Below, one piece after another: positions 24,115 through 36,499 of a stretch of 54,006 nt of DNA (positions are counted from its first letter, which is position 1; each line of letters begins with the position of its first letter). A program made the position numbers and the translations under genes. Source of the DNA: Octopus sinensis. Lineage: Eukaryota. The stretch lies in the NCBI RefSeq assembly GCF_006345805.1, contig NW_021833857.1, forward strand, positions 1-54,006, written 5' to 3'. The notes under the pieces were generated by a model, which was not told the DNA's origin, made no database searches, and was given only the letters and a program-made list of their open reading frames with translations.

Positions 24115-24244
24115 GTCTAGTCAACATCTACACAAAATGTCGAGCTTGTTTTCGTTTATAGTCTGGGACTAATCAGTCAACATCTGTACATCATGACTAT
24201 CAATCAAAAGGCAAGCCTTGAGTCAATCCAGGTAACATATCTTT

Positions 24245-24462
24245 TATCTGCTACTTGTTTCAGTCATTTGGACTACGGCCAAACTGGAGCATCACCTTGA
24301 AGAGTTTAGCCGAATAAATCAATCCCAGTAATTATTTTTAAAACTCCTCTACTTATTTAGTTTGTTTACTTTAGCCTAACCGCTAAGTTACAGGGACGTA
24401 AGCAAACTAACAGCGGTTGTCAAACAGTGGTAGGGGCGACAAACAGCTCAAATACAAAAACA

Positions 24463-24508
<46 letters not shown>

Positions 24509-25040
24509 TACACACTCACACACACATGCACGCATGTATGGCGGGCTTCTTTCAGTTTCTGTCTACCAAACCCTCTCACAAGGCTTTATTCGACCCGGGG
24601 CTACAGTAGGAAACACTTGCCTAAGGTTCCACGCAGTGGGACTGAACCCAAGACCACATGGTTTGGAAGCAAGTTACGCATGTGCCTATCTTAAATGTTC
24701 AATCAACGTCAACTTGCTATGTCGTTTAATTTATTATTTACACACTCTGACAAACATGTCAATGTTTACTCTTAGTATGTATATATATATATTTATGTAT
24801 ATATATATATTTATGTGTGTGTATATGTTTGAGTATATGTGTTTGTCCCCCCAACATCGCTTGACAACCGATGCTGGTGTGTTTACGTCACCGAAACTTA
24901 GCGGTTCGGCAAAAGAAACCGATAGAATAAGTACTAGGCTTACAACGAATAAGTCATGGGGTCGATTTGCTCGACTAAAAGGCGATGCTCCAGCATGGCC
25001 ACAATCAAATGACTGAAACAAGGAAAAGAGTAAAAGAGTA
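24245..25040. mobile_element. SINE family B copies (24245-24680 minus; 3' half 24840-25040 plus)
   Basis: Family B motifs. Confidence 0.8.
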
Positions 25041-25438
25041 TCCAGTCAACATCTAAAATGCTCTATCCATTGTGATTAACCAGTCAATATTTATAGCTAT
25101 ATGCCATCAAGTCAACAGCTATATTGTCTAAAATCTTGGGTATGACTTTAAATCGGTAGTGGGACCCTGGTTCGGAAGTTCGATGGTTTTAAGAAGTTTA
25201 GAACAACTCTTGGCCACTATAATTCCAGATCTACTTTGAACCGGAGTGGCAGAGCCTGTTAGGGCTTCAGTTATGGCTTAATTAGCATATTAGGGATTGC
25301 CCACATATACTTATCATGACTGGATCCGCCGTAATCTGTAGAAGAAACTTTCATTGTTTAACGGAGAGAAAAGCGGTTGCAGCAACCAATGCAGAGAGCA
25401 AGAGAAGGCAAGTAAAACATCTTGGTCATCCAACGCAC

Positions 25439-25479
25439 CCGTCTCCATCCGCAGTCGTCTTGATCTGGTTTTGATACCA
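25439..25479 (-). CDS. Small exon (phase 1->0): VVSKPDQDDCGWRR
   Basis: Long pyrimidine tract ending tttaatctag, donor GTGCGT; supplies the required phase 1->0 bridge. Confidence 0.6.
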
Positions 25480-25629
25480 CTAGATTAAAGGTGGTCAAGA
25501 ATGTGAGAGTGAAGTTGAAGGGTATGTAACATTTCCACAATTTACACCAAGTCAGCGCGCAGGTCATGTGTCCTCCTTAAAGATAACTAAATGGTTCTCG
25601 TCACTCTAACGGACGGACATGATAAACTC

Positions 25630-25937
25630 TGGCACTCTGAGAGTTCCAGTTGATTTGATGAATGGAACAGCCTGCTCGTGAAACTGACGTGCAAGTGGCT
25701 GAGCACTCCTCATACACACGCACCCTTATCGTTGTTCTCAGGGAGATTTAGAGTAACACAGAATATGACAAGAGTGGCCCTGTCAATTACAGGTGCAACT
25801 CATTTTCGCCAGCTGAGTGGACTGAAGCAACGTGAAATAAAGTGTCTTGCTCAAGGACACAATGTGCTGCCGGGAATCGAACTCATGACCTTACGATCTT
25901 GAACTGAATACCATAACCGCTAAGGCAAGCGCCTTCA
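25630..25937 (-). mobile_element. SINE family C with a family D-type tail
   Basis: Shared body and tail. Confidence 0.75.
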
Positions 25938-26184
25938 CGAACATGATATAGCCTATCTAGTTAACGTTGTCTGTATTTTGTCCAATAAGCATTTAGATAG
26001 TGCTTTTTTTTTTATACTGCCATCGTTTATACACTCAGCGCTGTTCAGTCAACATTGTAATACAGTCATAGTGCTGTCAGCATTAGACATTCATAAGCTT
26101 CGCTTACAAATCAAGACAGTTCACCACAAATCAAGACAATGGTGTCTGCCATAGAACTCAAGAGACATTCTTTTCATTGTGATT

Positions 26185-26243
26185 TCATATATATATATAT
26201 ACATACATACATACATATTATATATATATATATTATATATATA

Positions 26244-26310
<67 letters not shown>

Positions 26311-26406
26311 TAAGAGAGCGACCACTATGTGGTCTACTCTAGCACTAAAAATAGATCCATTGGGCTTCAGCCACATAAAAATAGTATACAACTTTATCAC
26401 TCTCAT

Positions 26407-26472
<66 letters not shown>

Positions 26473-26739
26473 TATATACAGAAATAACTTATTGTCAAAC
26501 GCATGATAATGATAATACAATAGCATGAACAAGATAAACTATCTATAATATTGCAGAAAAATTCGTTACTGGCCGGTAACGAATTTTTCTGCAATATTGT
26601 AGATAGTTTATCCTGTTCATGCAATTGTATTAGCATTATCATGCTTTTGACAATAAAATATTTCTGTATCTTTCAATACACTTCAACGCTTATAAAGTAA
26701 ACTTTGTTTGCTTTCATCATAAGTTGAATTTATACATAC

Positions 26740-26836
<97 letters not shown>

Positions 26837-26860
26837 AAGAGAGAGAGAGAGAGAAAGAGA
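26185..26860. repeat. (TA)n tracts surrounding the family G palindrome
   Basis: 26185-26310, 26410-26476, 26712-26860. Confidence 0.9.
26477..26711. mobile_element. Fold-back element, family G (spacerless palindrome)
   Basis: About 95-bp inverted arms centred on GTTACTGGCCGGTAAC; related to 45668-45936. Confidence 0.85.
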
Positions 26861-27134
26861 AATAGATAGATATACATTAGAGGAAAAGGACATCAAAACC
26901 AAGGCAGGACGAGTATCTCAAGTCATTTATAATAATTTAATTAGGGTAGTATGTTTGCTAACACAGAAGCCTGGTACGGATCCCTGGCTCCAGCCTCAGC
27001 TGTGAACTTGGAATCTGATGGATGACCAACTATAGCTATTACTCACCGTATCTATTCATTTAGATCACCAGTGAACGAAACCCTTCATATCCTATGTATG
27101 TAGTCACATTCTGTTATATTGTGATAAAATTCCT

Positions 27135-28200
27135 TTCTAATATAGGCACAAGACCTGTAACTTTATGGGAGGAAGTAGTCGATTACATTGATTCCAGTAA
27201 TTGACGGGTAGCTATTTTATCAACTCTGAAAAGGATTAAAAGCGAAGTCGACATCGGTAGAATTTTTAATTCAGAACGTAGATCCGAAAGAAATGCCGTT
27301 AAGCATTTTGTCCGACGCAGTAACGATTCTGCTTACTCACTGAATTCTGATACTAAAAATAAAATATATTTCTAAAAAATACTCTATAAAGATTTTTCTT
27401 TCATTTTTGTGAAAATTAATCCGCCGTCCAATTGTCGTTTTGACTGTTGGCGCTATTGCTAACAAAGCAACCATTCAGGTCGGTTGTTTCCTTGAAAGAA
27501 TTCAGTCTTTAACTTAAGGTTTGGTCTCTCTTTTCGTTTGGGCAATTTCAAAAACGTTTAAGTAAGCAATAAATAACAACGCCTATTGTCATTGTTGAGT
27601 TGTTTAAATTCCAGATTAACCCTTTAGCCACGAGGCCTAAGATCAAAGGCATTCCAGCTGTCACCATCCCATCTTTTTAAAGCTTGCATAGAATTATATT
27701 AACATGTCCTTTCTATATTTAAGACAGCTCGGTGCGATTTGAGTGAGATTTTCGCTGCTGTTTCCAGCAGATCAGGTGATTAAGTACGAACTTTTTTTGC
27801 TTCGTCAATGTTATTTATAAATGCTGTTGCTAGTGGACTTGCGAAATCAATTGCCTAGATTTATAGCTCTTTGCGTTTTGGGTTCAAATCCGGCCAAAGT
27901 AAATTTTACCTTTCATTCTTCCGGGAGCGAAAAGAAGCTGAAGTACCAATCAAAAGTACTGCAGTCGATATAATCAGGTTTCTAAGGTAGCGAGCTGGAA
28001 GATTCATTACCCACACCGGAAAAAAAAATGCTTAGCGGCATTTTATACGTCTTTACGTTCTGAGTTCAAATTTCGCCGAGGTTGACTTTGATTTTCGTTC
28101 CTTTCGGTGTCGATAAAACAACTACCAGTTGAACGCTGGAGTCGATGTAATCGACTTACTCCTGAAAATACTGTCCTTGTGCCAGAATTTGAAATCGATA
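27135..28200. mobile_element. Cluster of diverged SINE family A copies (27135-27345 minus; 27850-28200 plus) with other repeat fragments
   Basis: Core motifs present on both strands. Confidence 0.7.
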
Positions 28201-28319
28201 TAACCAAGTCTATCCCTTCTCTAAATTTAAGCTCTTCTGTCTACATTAAAAGAAAAATATTATTATGAAACAGATAAGGAAGGATGGCTGGAATCGTTCT
28301 AAGTATAAGTATGTTTACA

Positions 28320-28883
28320 TAGGGTGTTCAAAAAGTCTCTCCGCAGCGAACTTTTTCATCCTGCGCATGCGCAACTTGGCTATCACTGCGTCGGCAGCCG
28401 AGTGTCAGCCATTGTCCCCAGTCATTGCGTACTCTTCAGCGTGTCGACATGCTAACCATTGAAGAACGCACGCTTTTAGTTGAACGGGTGTTTCAAACTG
28501 GAAACAAATACACAGACACTGTTCAGGATTTGATAAGAAAATTTAGAAACACAGGCTCAGTGGAAGACGCAGTAAGAAGCGGTAGGCCTACTGTTCTTTT
28601 AGGCGAAACACTCTCCAATATTTCTGATTAACTGTTGGCAAGCCCGTCAAAGTCCTTACGCAAATTGTCACAGGCAACGGAAATCAGCCTAGGAAGTGCT
28701 CACACGGCAATAAAAAAGAAATTAAATTTTATGTATTGAAAATGAAGGACAACACTTTCAACACTTCTTATAAAGATTTTTTAAAGTCTTGTAAAGTCTA
28801 ATATATTCTTTTGTAGTCTTATACCATCTTATAAATATTTATTTTGCAATAAAATACTACGGAGAGACTTTTTGAACACCCTG
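28320..28883 (+). mobile_element. Internally deleted Tc1/mariner-superfamily element (maT/rosa-like N-terminal HTH remnant)
   Basis: TIRs AGGGTGTTCAAAAAGTCTCTCCG at both ends; remnant MLTIEERTLLVE...KFRNTGSVEDAVRSGRP...SPSKSLRKLSQATEIS. Confidence 0.85.
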
Positions 28884-29519
28884 TAGTTTGAAGAACGACA
28901 GTAGAACAGCCGGCATTTGCCCTTTGTTTTCAAGGTGATCTAGATTCTGTGGTATTCCTCGACGGTGCTCCTCTTGTTCCCTGAGGAATGCATCCTGAAC
29001 GTTTATTATTTGTATATCATATATACCTGTATCTCATACCATTGTTTTTTTTTTCTTGTTCGACTTTCTTAGCAAAGCCACACGCTTTTTGTCTATGAAC
29101 GATTTTAGCTGACCCCTCAAACGTTGTCCTGGTGGCATAGAAAAGAAATCGTTATTTTCGAAGGCAATGGATTAGTATAATAAAATACAATGGTAAATAG
29201 ATTCCTTGTGGTGCTTAGTTATGTGTATTTGCTTTCTAAGTTCAATTCCTACCAATATCGTCATTAACGTTTACATTCTTGCAGACTCCAGTCAAGAACT
29301 GGGGTCAATTAATTCTGTATCGAACACACCTTTCTCCCTAAATTTAACGCATTTGACTTATTCTAGAAATCATTTGTTGTTGCTGTTCTTGCTGCTGTTG
29401 CTGCTGCTACTGCTACTGTGCTGCTGTTCTTGAAATTCACGAAATCAGCAATATATCCTAGATAGGCACATACGAACCAAAACGAATTTTAAACAAATGC
29501 AACCTTGACACACGAATGA

Positions 29520-29536
29520 GATAGACAGACAGACAA

Positions 29537-29614
<78 letters not shown>

Positions 29615-29625
29615 TTAGATATAGA
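29520..29625. repeat. (GATA)n
   Basis: Direct inspection. Confidence 0.95.
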
Positions 29626-30288
29626 TAGATATAAAGAAAGAAGAGGGGGAAAAAAGAGTTAGCGGTAGCAGAAATAGAGGTAGAAAGAGAGGGACAAGGA
29701 GAAAGAGAGTTAGAGATAAGAGAAATGGCGATAGAGAGAGGGAAAGAAAGATTATTTATTTTGTAAATTCCTTAGGATTGTGAAATGGTGTTTTCTTAAC
29801 GCAAAAGAGGTGTTGACACCAATATCTCTCTGAATAAAACTCCCTAGATGCCAACCATTATAACCGAATTAAACATATCTAATAATAACCTAATAATGCT
29901 GGCTTATCATTCCTATTTATTTTGTTTCCAAGAACAATGTCTTATTTCATTCGTTCTTTCTTTCTTTCTCCCCGTCTTTGTTTTTGTTTTATATTTGTTT
30001 TCATTGTCTTCTATCACGGGAGACAGGATTTCAAAATGTTTTTCTTAAGTTTGTTTATGAAAAAAATACATACTAGCTGGGTTGAGATTAGATCAAATGC
30101 TTGTATTGTGATCCCAACTGGATACATTTTTCTCCCCGTCACTACCACCACCACCATTACCATCACTACCGTCATTACCATTACCATCACCAGCATCAGC
30201 ACCACCTCCACCACGTCTACCATCACAACTGATGTTCAACTAGTTTGTAATTGTGCTCAGAAAACATTTTGTTGTGGATTAAATAATA

Positions 30289-30323
<35 letters not shown>

Positions 30324-30445
30324 TATTATAATAATAATCCTTTCTGCTATAGGCATAAGGCCTGAAATTTTGCCCGCCACTAATCCCCTATAGAACTCCA
30401 AAGCTGAACTTCTACCGACCGCGTTGTCTGACTGGCAGAAAGCTG

Positions 30446-30487
<42 letters not shown>

Positions 30488-30496
30488 CAACAACAA

Positions 30497-31617
30497 TATT
30501 TCAAATTTTGGCGCAAGATCAGCAGGTTTGGATGAGGGGATAAGCTGATTATATCGACCCCCAGCGTTCAGCTGGTACTTATTTTATCGACCCCGAAAGG
30601 ATAAAAGGCAAATTCGATCTCGGCGGCATTTGAACTCAGAACGTAAATAAATGCTGCTAAGCATTTTGTCCGGCGCGCTAACGATTCTGCCAGCTCGCCG
30701 CCTCTGATAATAATAATACGAATAATCCTTTCTACTGTTGGCACAAAGGCCTGAATATTTGTGGGGAGGGGGTCAATCGATCAACTCGACCCCAGTGTTT
30801 GACTGGTACTTCATTTATCGACCCCGAAATAATGAACCTCAGTGGTATTTGAACTCAGAACGTTGCATCAGACGAAATACTGCTAAGCATTTCGCCCGGC
30901 ATGCTAACGATTCGGCCAGCTTGCCGCCTTTTTGATAATAATAATAATAATAATATAATAATAACACTTTCTACTAGAAGCACAAGGCCTCAAATTTTGG
31001 GAGTGGAGGACTAGTCGATTACATCGACCCCAGTGTGTAACTGGTACTTATTTAATCGACCCCGAAACGATGAAAGGCAAAGTCGACCTCGGCGGAATTT
31101 GAACAGCGAATGTAGAAGTAGACGAAATACTGCTAAACATTTAGCCTGGCATGCTAACGATTCTACCAGCTCGCTGCCCTTTTGATAAAAATAATAATAA
31201 GTTATTTCTTTATTGCCCATAGGGGTGCTAAGCATAGAGAGGAAAGACAAGGACAGAGAGGGATTAGATCGATTACATCGACCCCAGCGTTTCATTGGTA
31301 CTTAATTTATCGACCCCAAAAGGATGAAAGGCAAAGTCGACCTCGGCGGAATTTGAACTCAGAACGTAACTGCAGACGAAATACCTATTTCTTTACTACC
31401 CACAAGGGGCTAAACACAGAGAGGACAAACAAGGACAGACAAACGGATTATGTCGATTATATCGACCCCAGTGCGTAACTGGTACTTAATTTATCGACCC
31501 CGAAAGGATGAAAAGCAAAGTCGACCTCGGCGGAATTTGAACTCAGAACGTAGCGGCAGACGAAATACCGCTAAGCAATTTCGCCCGGCGTGCTAACGAT
31601 TCTGCCAGCTCGTCGCC
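30497..31617 (-). mobile_element. Head-to-tail array of five SINE family A copies, partly separated by (AAT)n
   Basis: Five repeats of the TCGACCCC...GAAAGGCAAAGTCGACCTCGGCGGAATTTGAAC core. Confidence 0.9.
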
Positions 31618-31974
31618 AACAACCAGCAACAGAACAATGCTTCTACAATTAAATAATATAAACTCCATCAGATAGACACGCACACACTTGCATAAATGTC
31701 TGTGTAAAGATGTGTGATGCAGCGTATTGGGTTGCGTCCCCCACCTCTCTCTCTCTCTCTCTCTTAAAAAACAATGTAGATAGGTGTAACTAAGCTATTC
31801 GATTACTTACGTTCAATAGAATAAATACCGACGAGAAATAAGTACAGGATTTCACATGACTCATTACAAAGAAAAACCGTTAAAAATCATGTCTTAATAT
31901 GGCCGCAATCAGATAGATTCGTTGTCAGTATTTATACTAAACACGTTCATTTTGAAGACGTATTACAATATTAC

Positions 31975-32270
31975 GATGGTAGCTGGTTCCGGTTGACAGT
32001 ACCCAGTATGAGCCCCTATCCAGGGTTACGGAAAGGAGACAACCTTCAAAGAAATCTGGAGTGGAGCCCCGTAGGTGGTCTAGTGTTCGACTCAATACTC
32101 TTCCGGCAGCTCCTGCAACCAAGCTGGTGCCAAACGTAATGTTCTGCACTCCTTTGGACTACGTCAGCAAAGTCGAGAGAGGAATCCTGACGATTGGGCT
32201 ACCCAGGATTTTCTTACATCTAGCTCAGGCCTGCGCAAAACTGGAGAGGACATGAAATGTAAAAATGAGA
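31975..32270 (+). mobile_element. Probable RTE LINE 5' UTR / ORF start remnant
   Basis: GCAGCTCCTGCAACCAAGCTGGTGCCAAACGTA-type 5' UTR motif followed by GILTIG; recognised from memory only. Confidence 0.4.
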
Positions 32271-32714
32271 CTGGATTTGTTTATGCGCAACTCCATTATC
32301 TTCCGAGACAAAAGGATGCCAACAGCTCGAAAGCTAAGTTACTCATATATAACGTTTGAGTGTCCTATCATCGTAAGGTGTGTGCCTTCATATAGCGTAT
32401 TTTAGGACAAAAGAATTTGGTGGAGCAATGCTTTCTCCAAGCTATATATGGGGCGTCTTTTACAGCTTTGTTATATACAACAGCTGTGAGCTCTTTTTAA
32501 TCTTCTGGAACTGTAGTTTAAATGGAGCGCAACCTTCATCGACCCCTTCCGCTAGAAATTAATCTGCTGCGTATTTCCTCGTCCTCGATAGATAAAACAG
32601 GCAATATAGTTGTATTTCAATAGAGGTATAGTTATTTATTTATTTATCTATCTATTTATTTAATGTACTTGCATAGCAAGTGATCTGATCTAAGATCGTG
32701 TGCTGAAACAAAAA

Positions 32715-32996
32715 CAATTGCAGCGTGGAAGGTGCTTATAAACCATTTAAAAACACACAGAAACCGTTAGATTCACTTCAACATATAAATTTAATTTGTC
32801 AAAATATTTTCGTCGCTTTGATACCGCGACCTGTTCACTGACAAAATTCTGTGCAGCACCGAATCTTGTCAGTGGACAGGTCGCGGTCTCAAAGCGACGA
32901 AAATATTTTGACAAATTAAATTTATATGTTGAAGTGAATCTAACGGTTTCTGTATGTTTCTTAAATGGCTTATAAACACCTTCCACTCCACAATTG
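32715..32996. mobile_element. Fold-back element, family F (about 280-bp palindrome) with a hammerhead-like motif in each arm
   Basis: Arms from CAATTG to CAATTG around a short loop at about 32847-32863; single-arm copy at 14680-14815. Confidence 0.85.
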
Positions 32997-33412
32997 CATT
33001 TATTTATTCTTTTATTCTTTAACTGGTTTCAGTCATTTGACTGCGGCCATGCTGGAGTGTTCCAATTTGCACCCTGTTTTAGTATTTCTTTTTCTCTTAT
33101 GGCGGACAAAAGGCTTAACAGCATTTCGTACGTCTGTATGTTCTGAACTGAAATGCTGCCATGGTTGACTTTACCTTTATCCTTTCGAGATTGATAAAAT
33201 AAGTCCCAAGTGAGGGCTAGTGTCAATGTAATCGAATGGCCCACTTCCCCAGACTTGCTCGCCTTGTGTCAAAATGTAAAACCTCTCTCTTTCTGTAAGG
33301 AGGTAAGGAGTGTACGAAGGAAAGGAAGAAGGAATGAAGACAGGAAGTAAGTAAGATACGAAAGCAGGAAAGGAGGAAGAAAGACAGGGTAATAAATGAA
33401 AGTACGACTTAC

Positions 33413-33542
33413 CGACCCGTGGCTGGTACTTGGATGGGAACCTCACCTCGGCAACAACACCATCCGCGTTGACAGCAAGTAGTCCATATATGGGAACGGA
33501 GGGGAGTCTTTCAGAATCAATCGAAGTTGTTAAACTTGCAGT
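33413..33542 (-). CDS. Exon (phase 0->1): second half of FN3 domain 1 (TASLTT...YGLLAVNADGVVAEVRFPSKYQPRV)
   Basis: Acceptor cattttcag, donor GTAAGT; only one open frame, and it matches the neighbouring phases. Confidence 0.8.
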
Positions 33543-33589
33543 CTGAAAATGTATACAATGTATATATATATATTCATACATACATACAT

Positions 33590-34017
33590 TATTATTATGT
33601 TATGGCTGCCCCCTCGTTATCGAGTATGGCCATTGTACGAAGCTTAACTGTTACTGGTGCTGTGATCGAATGTGACTTTTTATCCCAGCCAAAGATCTAC
33701 AATGTCTTGTACAGAATTGGCAACTAAAACCTTTACCGGTAATAGCCGGCTGTAGTTGTAACTGGGCTTCATGCACCTTTGCATGTCATTTAAGTCCTCC
33801 TGCCGAAGTACACTCTCTTCCACATGCCCGACAGACATGATTACTATGGTGTGTTACACCACCACCAATGGCCAGGTTGTCACTCATCTGTCTCGCTTTA
33901 TGACTACGAAGATGACTCTTGAGTCCAGCTTTACTGAGGCAGGGTCTTGCACAAACACTGCATGTCAGCATCATAGGAAGACCCTTCCCATCTGTGCAAC
34001 TCGAGATTTCTCAAGAT

Positions 34018-34018
<1 letters not shown>
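33590..34018 (-). mobile_element. RTE LINE 3' end with three C2H2-like zinc knuckles
   Basis: CSVCARPCLSKAGLKSHLRSH, CRACGRECTSAGGLK*HAKVH, CQFCTRHCRSLAGIKSHIRSQH; short 3' UTR ending in ATAATAAT. Confidence 0.75.
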
Positions 34019-34053
<35 letters not shown>

Positions 34054-34254
34054 CACACACACACACATATATATAAACGATAAACGTCTCCCTTTTCAAG
34101 CCTAGCCAGGCTCATGGGCCCGGTTTTCCGGTTTCTGTGGCGTATGTGTTCCCTCCAGCTGGACGGAACGCCAGTCCATCGCAGCGTTACTCATGAAACA
34201 GAAAGAGAGAATGAGAGAAATTCGTGGTGAAAGAGTGCAACAGGGGTCACCACC

Positions 34255-34431
34255 TTGAGGAGTTTTTAGTCGAATGAATCGACCCCGTTACTTACAATTT
34301 TCTTTAAGCCTGCTATTTAGCCTATTGGTTTCTTTGACTAACCGCTAAGTTACGATGACCGAAACGCACCAATATCGGTTGTCAAGTGGTGGTGGTGGGG
34401 AGGGTAAACGCGGACACAAAGACACACACAA

Positions 34432-34462
<31 letters not shown>

Positions 34463-34630
34463 CGACGGGCTTCGTTCAGTTTCCGTCTTGCCGTTTTTCC
34501 AAATCATTTCACAAGGTTTTAGTCGACCTAAGGTTATAGCAGAAGACACTTGCTGAACATGCTATGCAGTGGGACTGAACCCGGTTCCATGTGGTTGGGA
34601 AGCAAACTTTTAACCACACAGCCACGCCCG
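34255..34630 (-). mobile_element. SINE family B (diverged)
   Basis: Family B motifs. Confidence 0.8.
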
Positions 34631-35555
34631 CACAAAAAATAAAAATGAAAATAAAGGATACAAATTCATCCCGAGATATATAGACTCCTCAGATCGATTT
34701 CCCGGTGTCAGTATTGTATATATTCTTCTTGGATGGGACGCCAGTCTGTCGAAGGAATACTCATTTTTGCCAACGGATTGGAGTAATGTGAATATGAAGT
34801 GTTTTGCTCAAGAACACAACACATTGCCTGATCCAGGAAGCGAAACTACAATCTTATGACCGTGAGTCCAACACCCCTAAGCACTAAGGAACACACCACC
34901 ACTGTTTACGCTTGAAAATATTTCGCGTTCTTATATTTTTTGATCACATTAGAAAAACAAACAAAAATTTTAAAATTATTTTCTCGTCCAGACAAAACAA
35001 CAACAACAAAAATAAGCCAGGTGATTCATCTAATGGGGAAAGTAATGATTATTATCGTGTTATCTTAGATCTTTGCCTCCTCCGACTACCGAACTAAACT
35101 AAAGCATTTTCAAGCAACCCCTTGATAATATATATCCTGCCCCCCAACCCCGCAGAAATTAATTTCATTAAAGTAATTTAATTTACTTATTTTACATGAA
35201 ACCATTAACATATGGATTTCAACGCGTGTGTATGTGAGAGAGAAACAGAAACAGAGAGGGTGACAGTGTGTGTGAGAGAGAGACAGAGAGGAGGAGGGGA
35301 TCGCACGAAATGGCCCAAACTTTGGAATTCATGCACTTAATTTTCCGAGGTAACGTCTTTGAGGGCAATTTAGAACATGGTATCACGTTATATGTCACCT
35401 TATTCTAGAGAACCATAAAAAGTCTGCTATGAAAAGCTATAATACTTCATGCCAAAATGCTAGGTTGTATGGCAGCATGGACGAAAACAGCAGCAAAAAT
35501 CACTTGAGTTTCCATAATATTTTCACTACAAGTTTGAAATTAAAACTGAAAAAGT

Positions 35556-36112
35556 GCCGTGTGTTTATTTCTTTATTGCCCACAGGATTGGGTGTGTGGG
35601 GGCTAAACATATAGGGGACAAACAAGGACAGACAAAGGGATTAAGACGATTACATCGACCCCAGTGCGCAACTGGTACTTATTGAATCGACCCCGAAAGG
35701 ATGACAAGCCAAAGTTGACCTCGGCGGAATTTGAACTCAGAACGTAACGGCAGACGAAAAAGTGCCGTGTATTCTTTTCTACTCTAGGTATAAGCACCGA
35801 AATTTTGGGGGAGGGGGCCAGTCGATTAGATCGACCCCAGTACGCAACTGGTACTCAATTTATCCGCCCCGAAAGGATGAAAGGCAATGCCAACCTTGGC
35901 AGAATTTGAACTCAGAACGTAACGGCAGACGAAAAAGTGCCGTGTATTCTTTTCTACTCTAGGTATAAGCCCCGAAATTTTTGGGGAGGGGGCCAGTCGA
36001 TTAGATCGACCCCAGTACGCAACTGGTACTCAATTTATCGACCCCGAAAGGATGAAAGGCAATGCCAACCTTGGCGGAATTTGAACTCAGAACGTAACGG
36101 CAGACGAAAAAG
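35556..36112 (-). mobile_element. Tandem triplet of 5'-truncated SINE family A
   Basis: Units start at 35556, 35762 and 35937; the last two are near-identical 175-bp repeats. Confidence 0.9.
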
Positions 36113-36224
36113 TGTCATGTATTGAACTAATCAAAAACTAAAAAATGCTGTACATTTGTTATATATTCATTAGGAGTTCAATACACGGCATATACAGTAC
36201 AACAATTCCAGTTTTAAGTCAACA

Positions 36225-36493
36225 GTACAAGGGGCATGTGATTAAGATGTCGCAGCCAAAAAATCGCAAAATGGATTCTCCAAGCCAGTTCAACCGACAG
36301 GTAACCTAGAGGTAGACCAAGAGTGATATGTTTGGATAATATCCGTAGTTTCAGTTGGTTACGCTTAGGAATCCAACCGTAACGTGTAATGACTGTTGCT
36401 TCTGATTGGAATTGATGAAGGAGGTGCCCGAGGATTCTACCCCACCCAACGATCTTTCCTGGAATAATGGGCGACGAAGACAGGTGGATGGAT
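36225..36493 (+). mobile_element. RTE LINE 3' remnant
   Basis: GHVIKM...PRGRPR...SWLRLGIQP...; ends in (GGAT)n. Confidence 0.65.
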
Positions 36494-36499
36494 TTGAGC

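Noticed and set aside
21257-27030. Possible plus-strand antisense gene (21257-21301, about 23579-23662, 26967-)
   Set aside because: Phase-compatible but short, with a weak donor and no recognisable domain; consistent with chance.
27047-27091. Minus-strand AG...GTGAGT segment
   Set aside because: Stops occur in all three frames.
28890-29010. Minus-strand open frame DAFLREQEEHRRG...
   Set aside because: Weak acceptor and no donor before it runs into the transposon TIR.
30497-31617. CRISPR-like or satellite array
   Set aside because: These are eukaryotic SINE copies of about 200 bp without unique spacers or cas genes.
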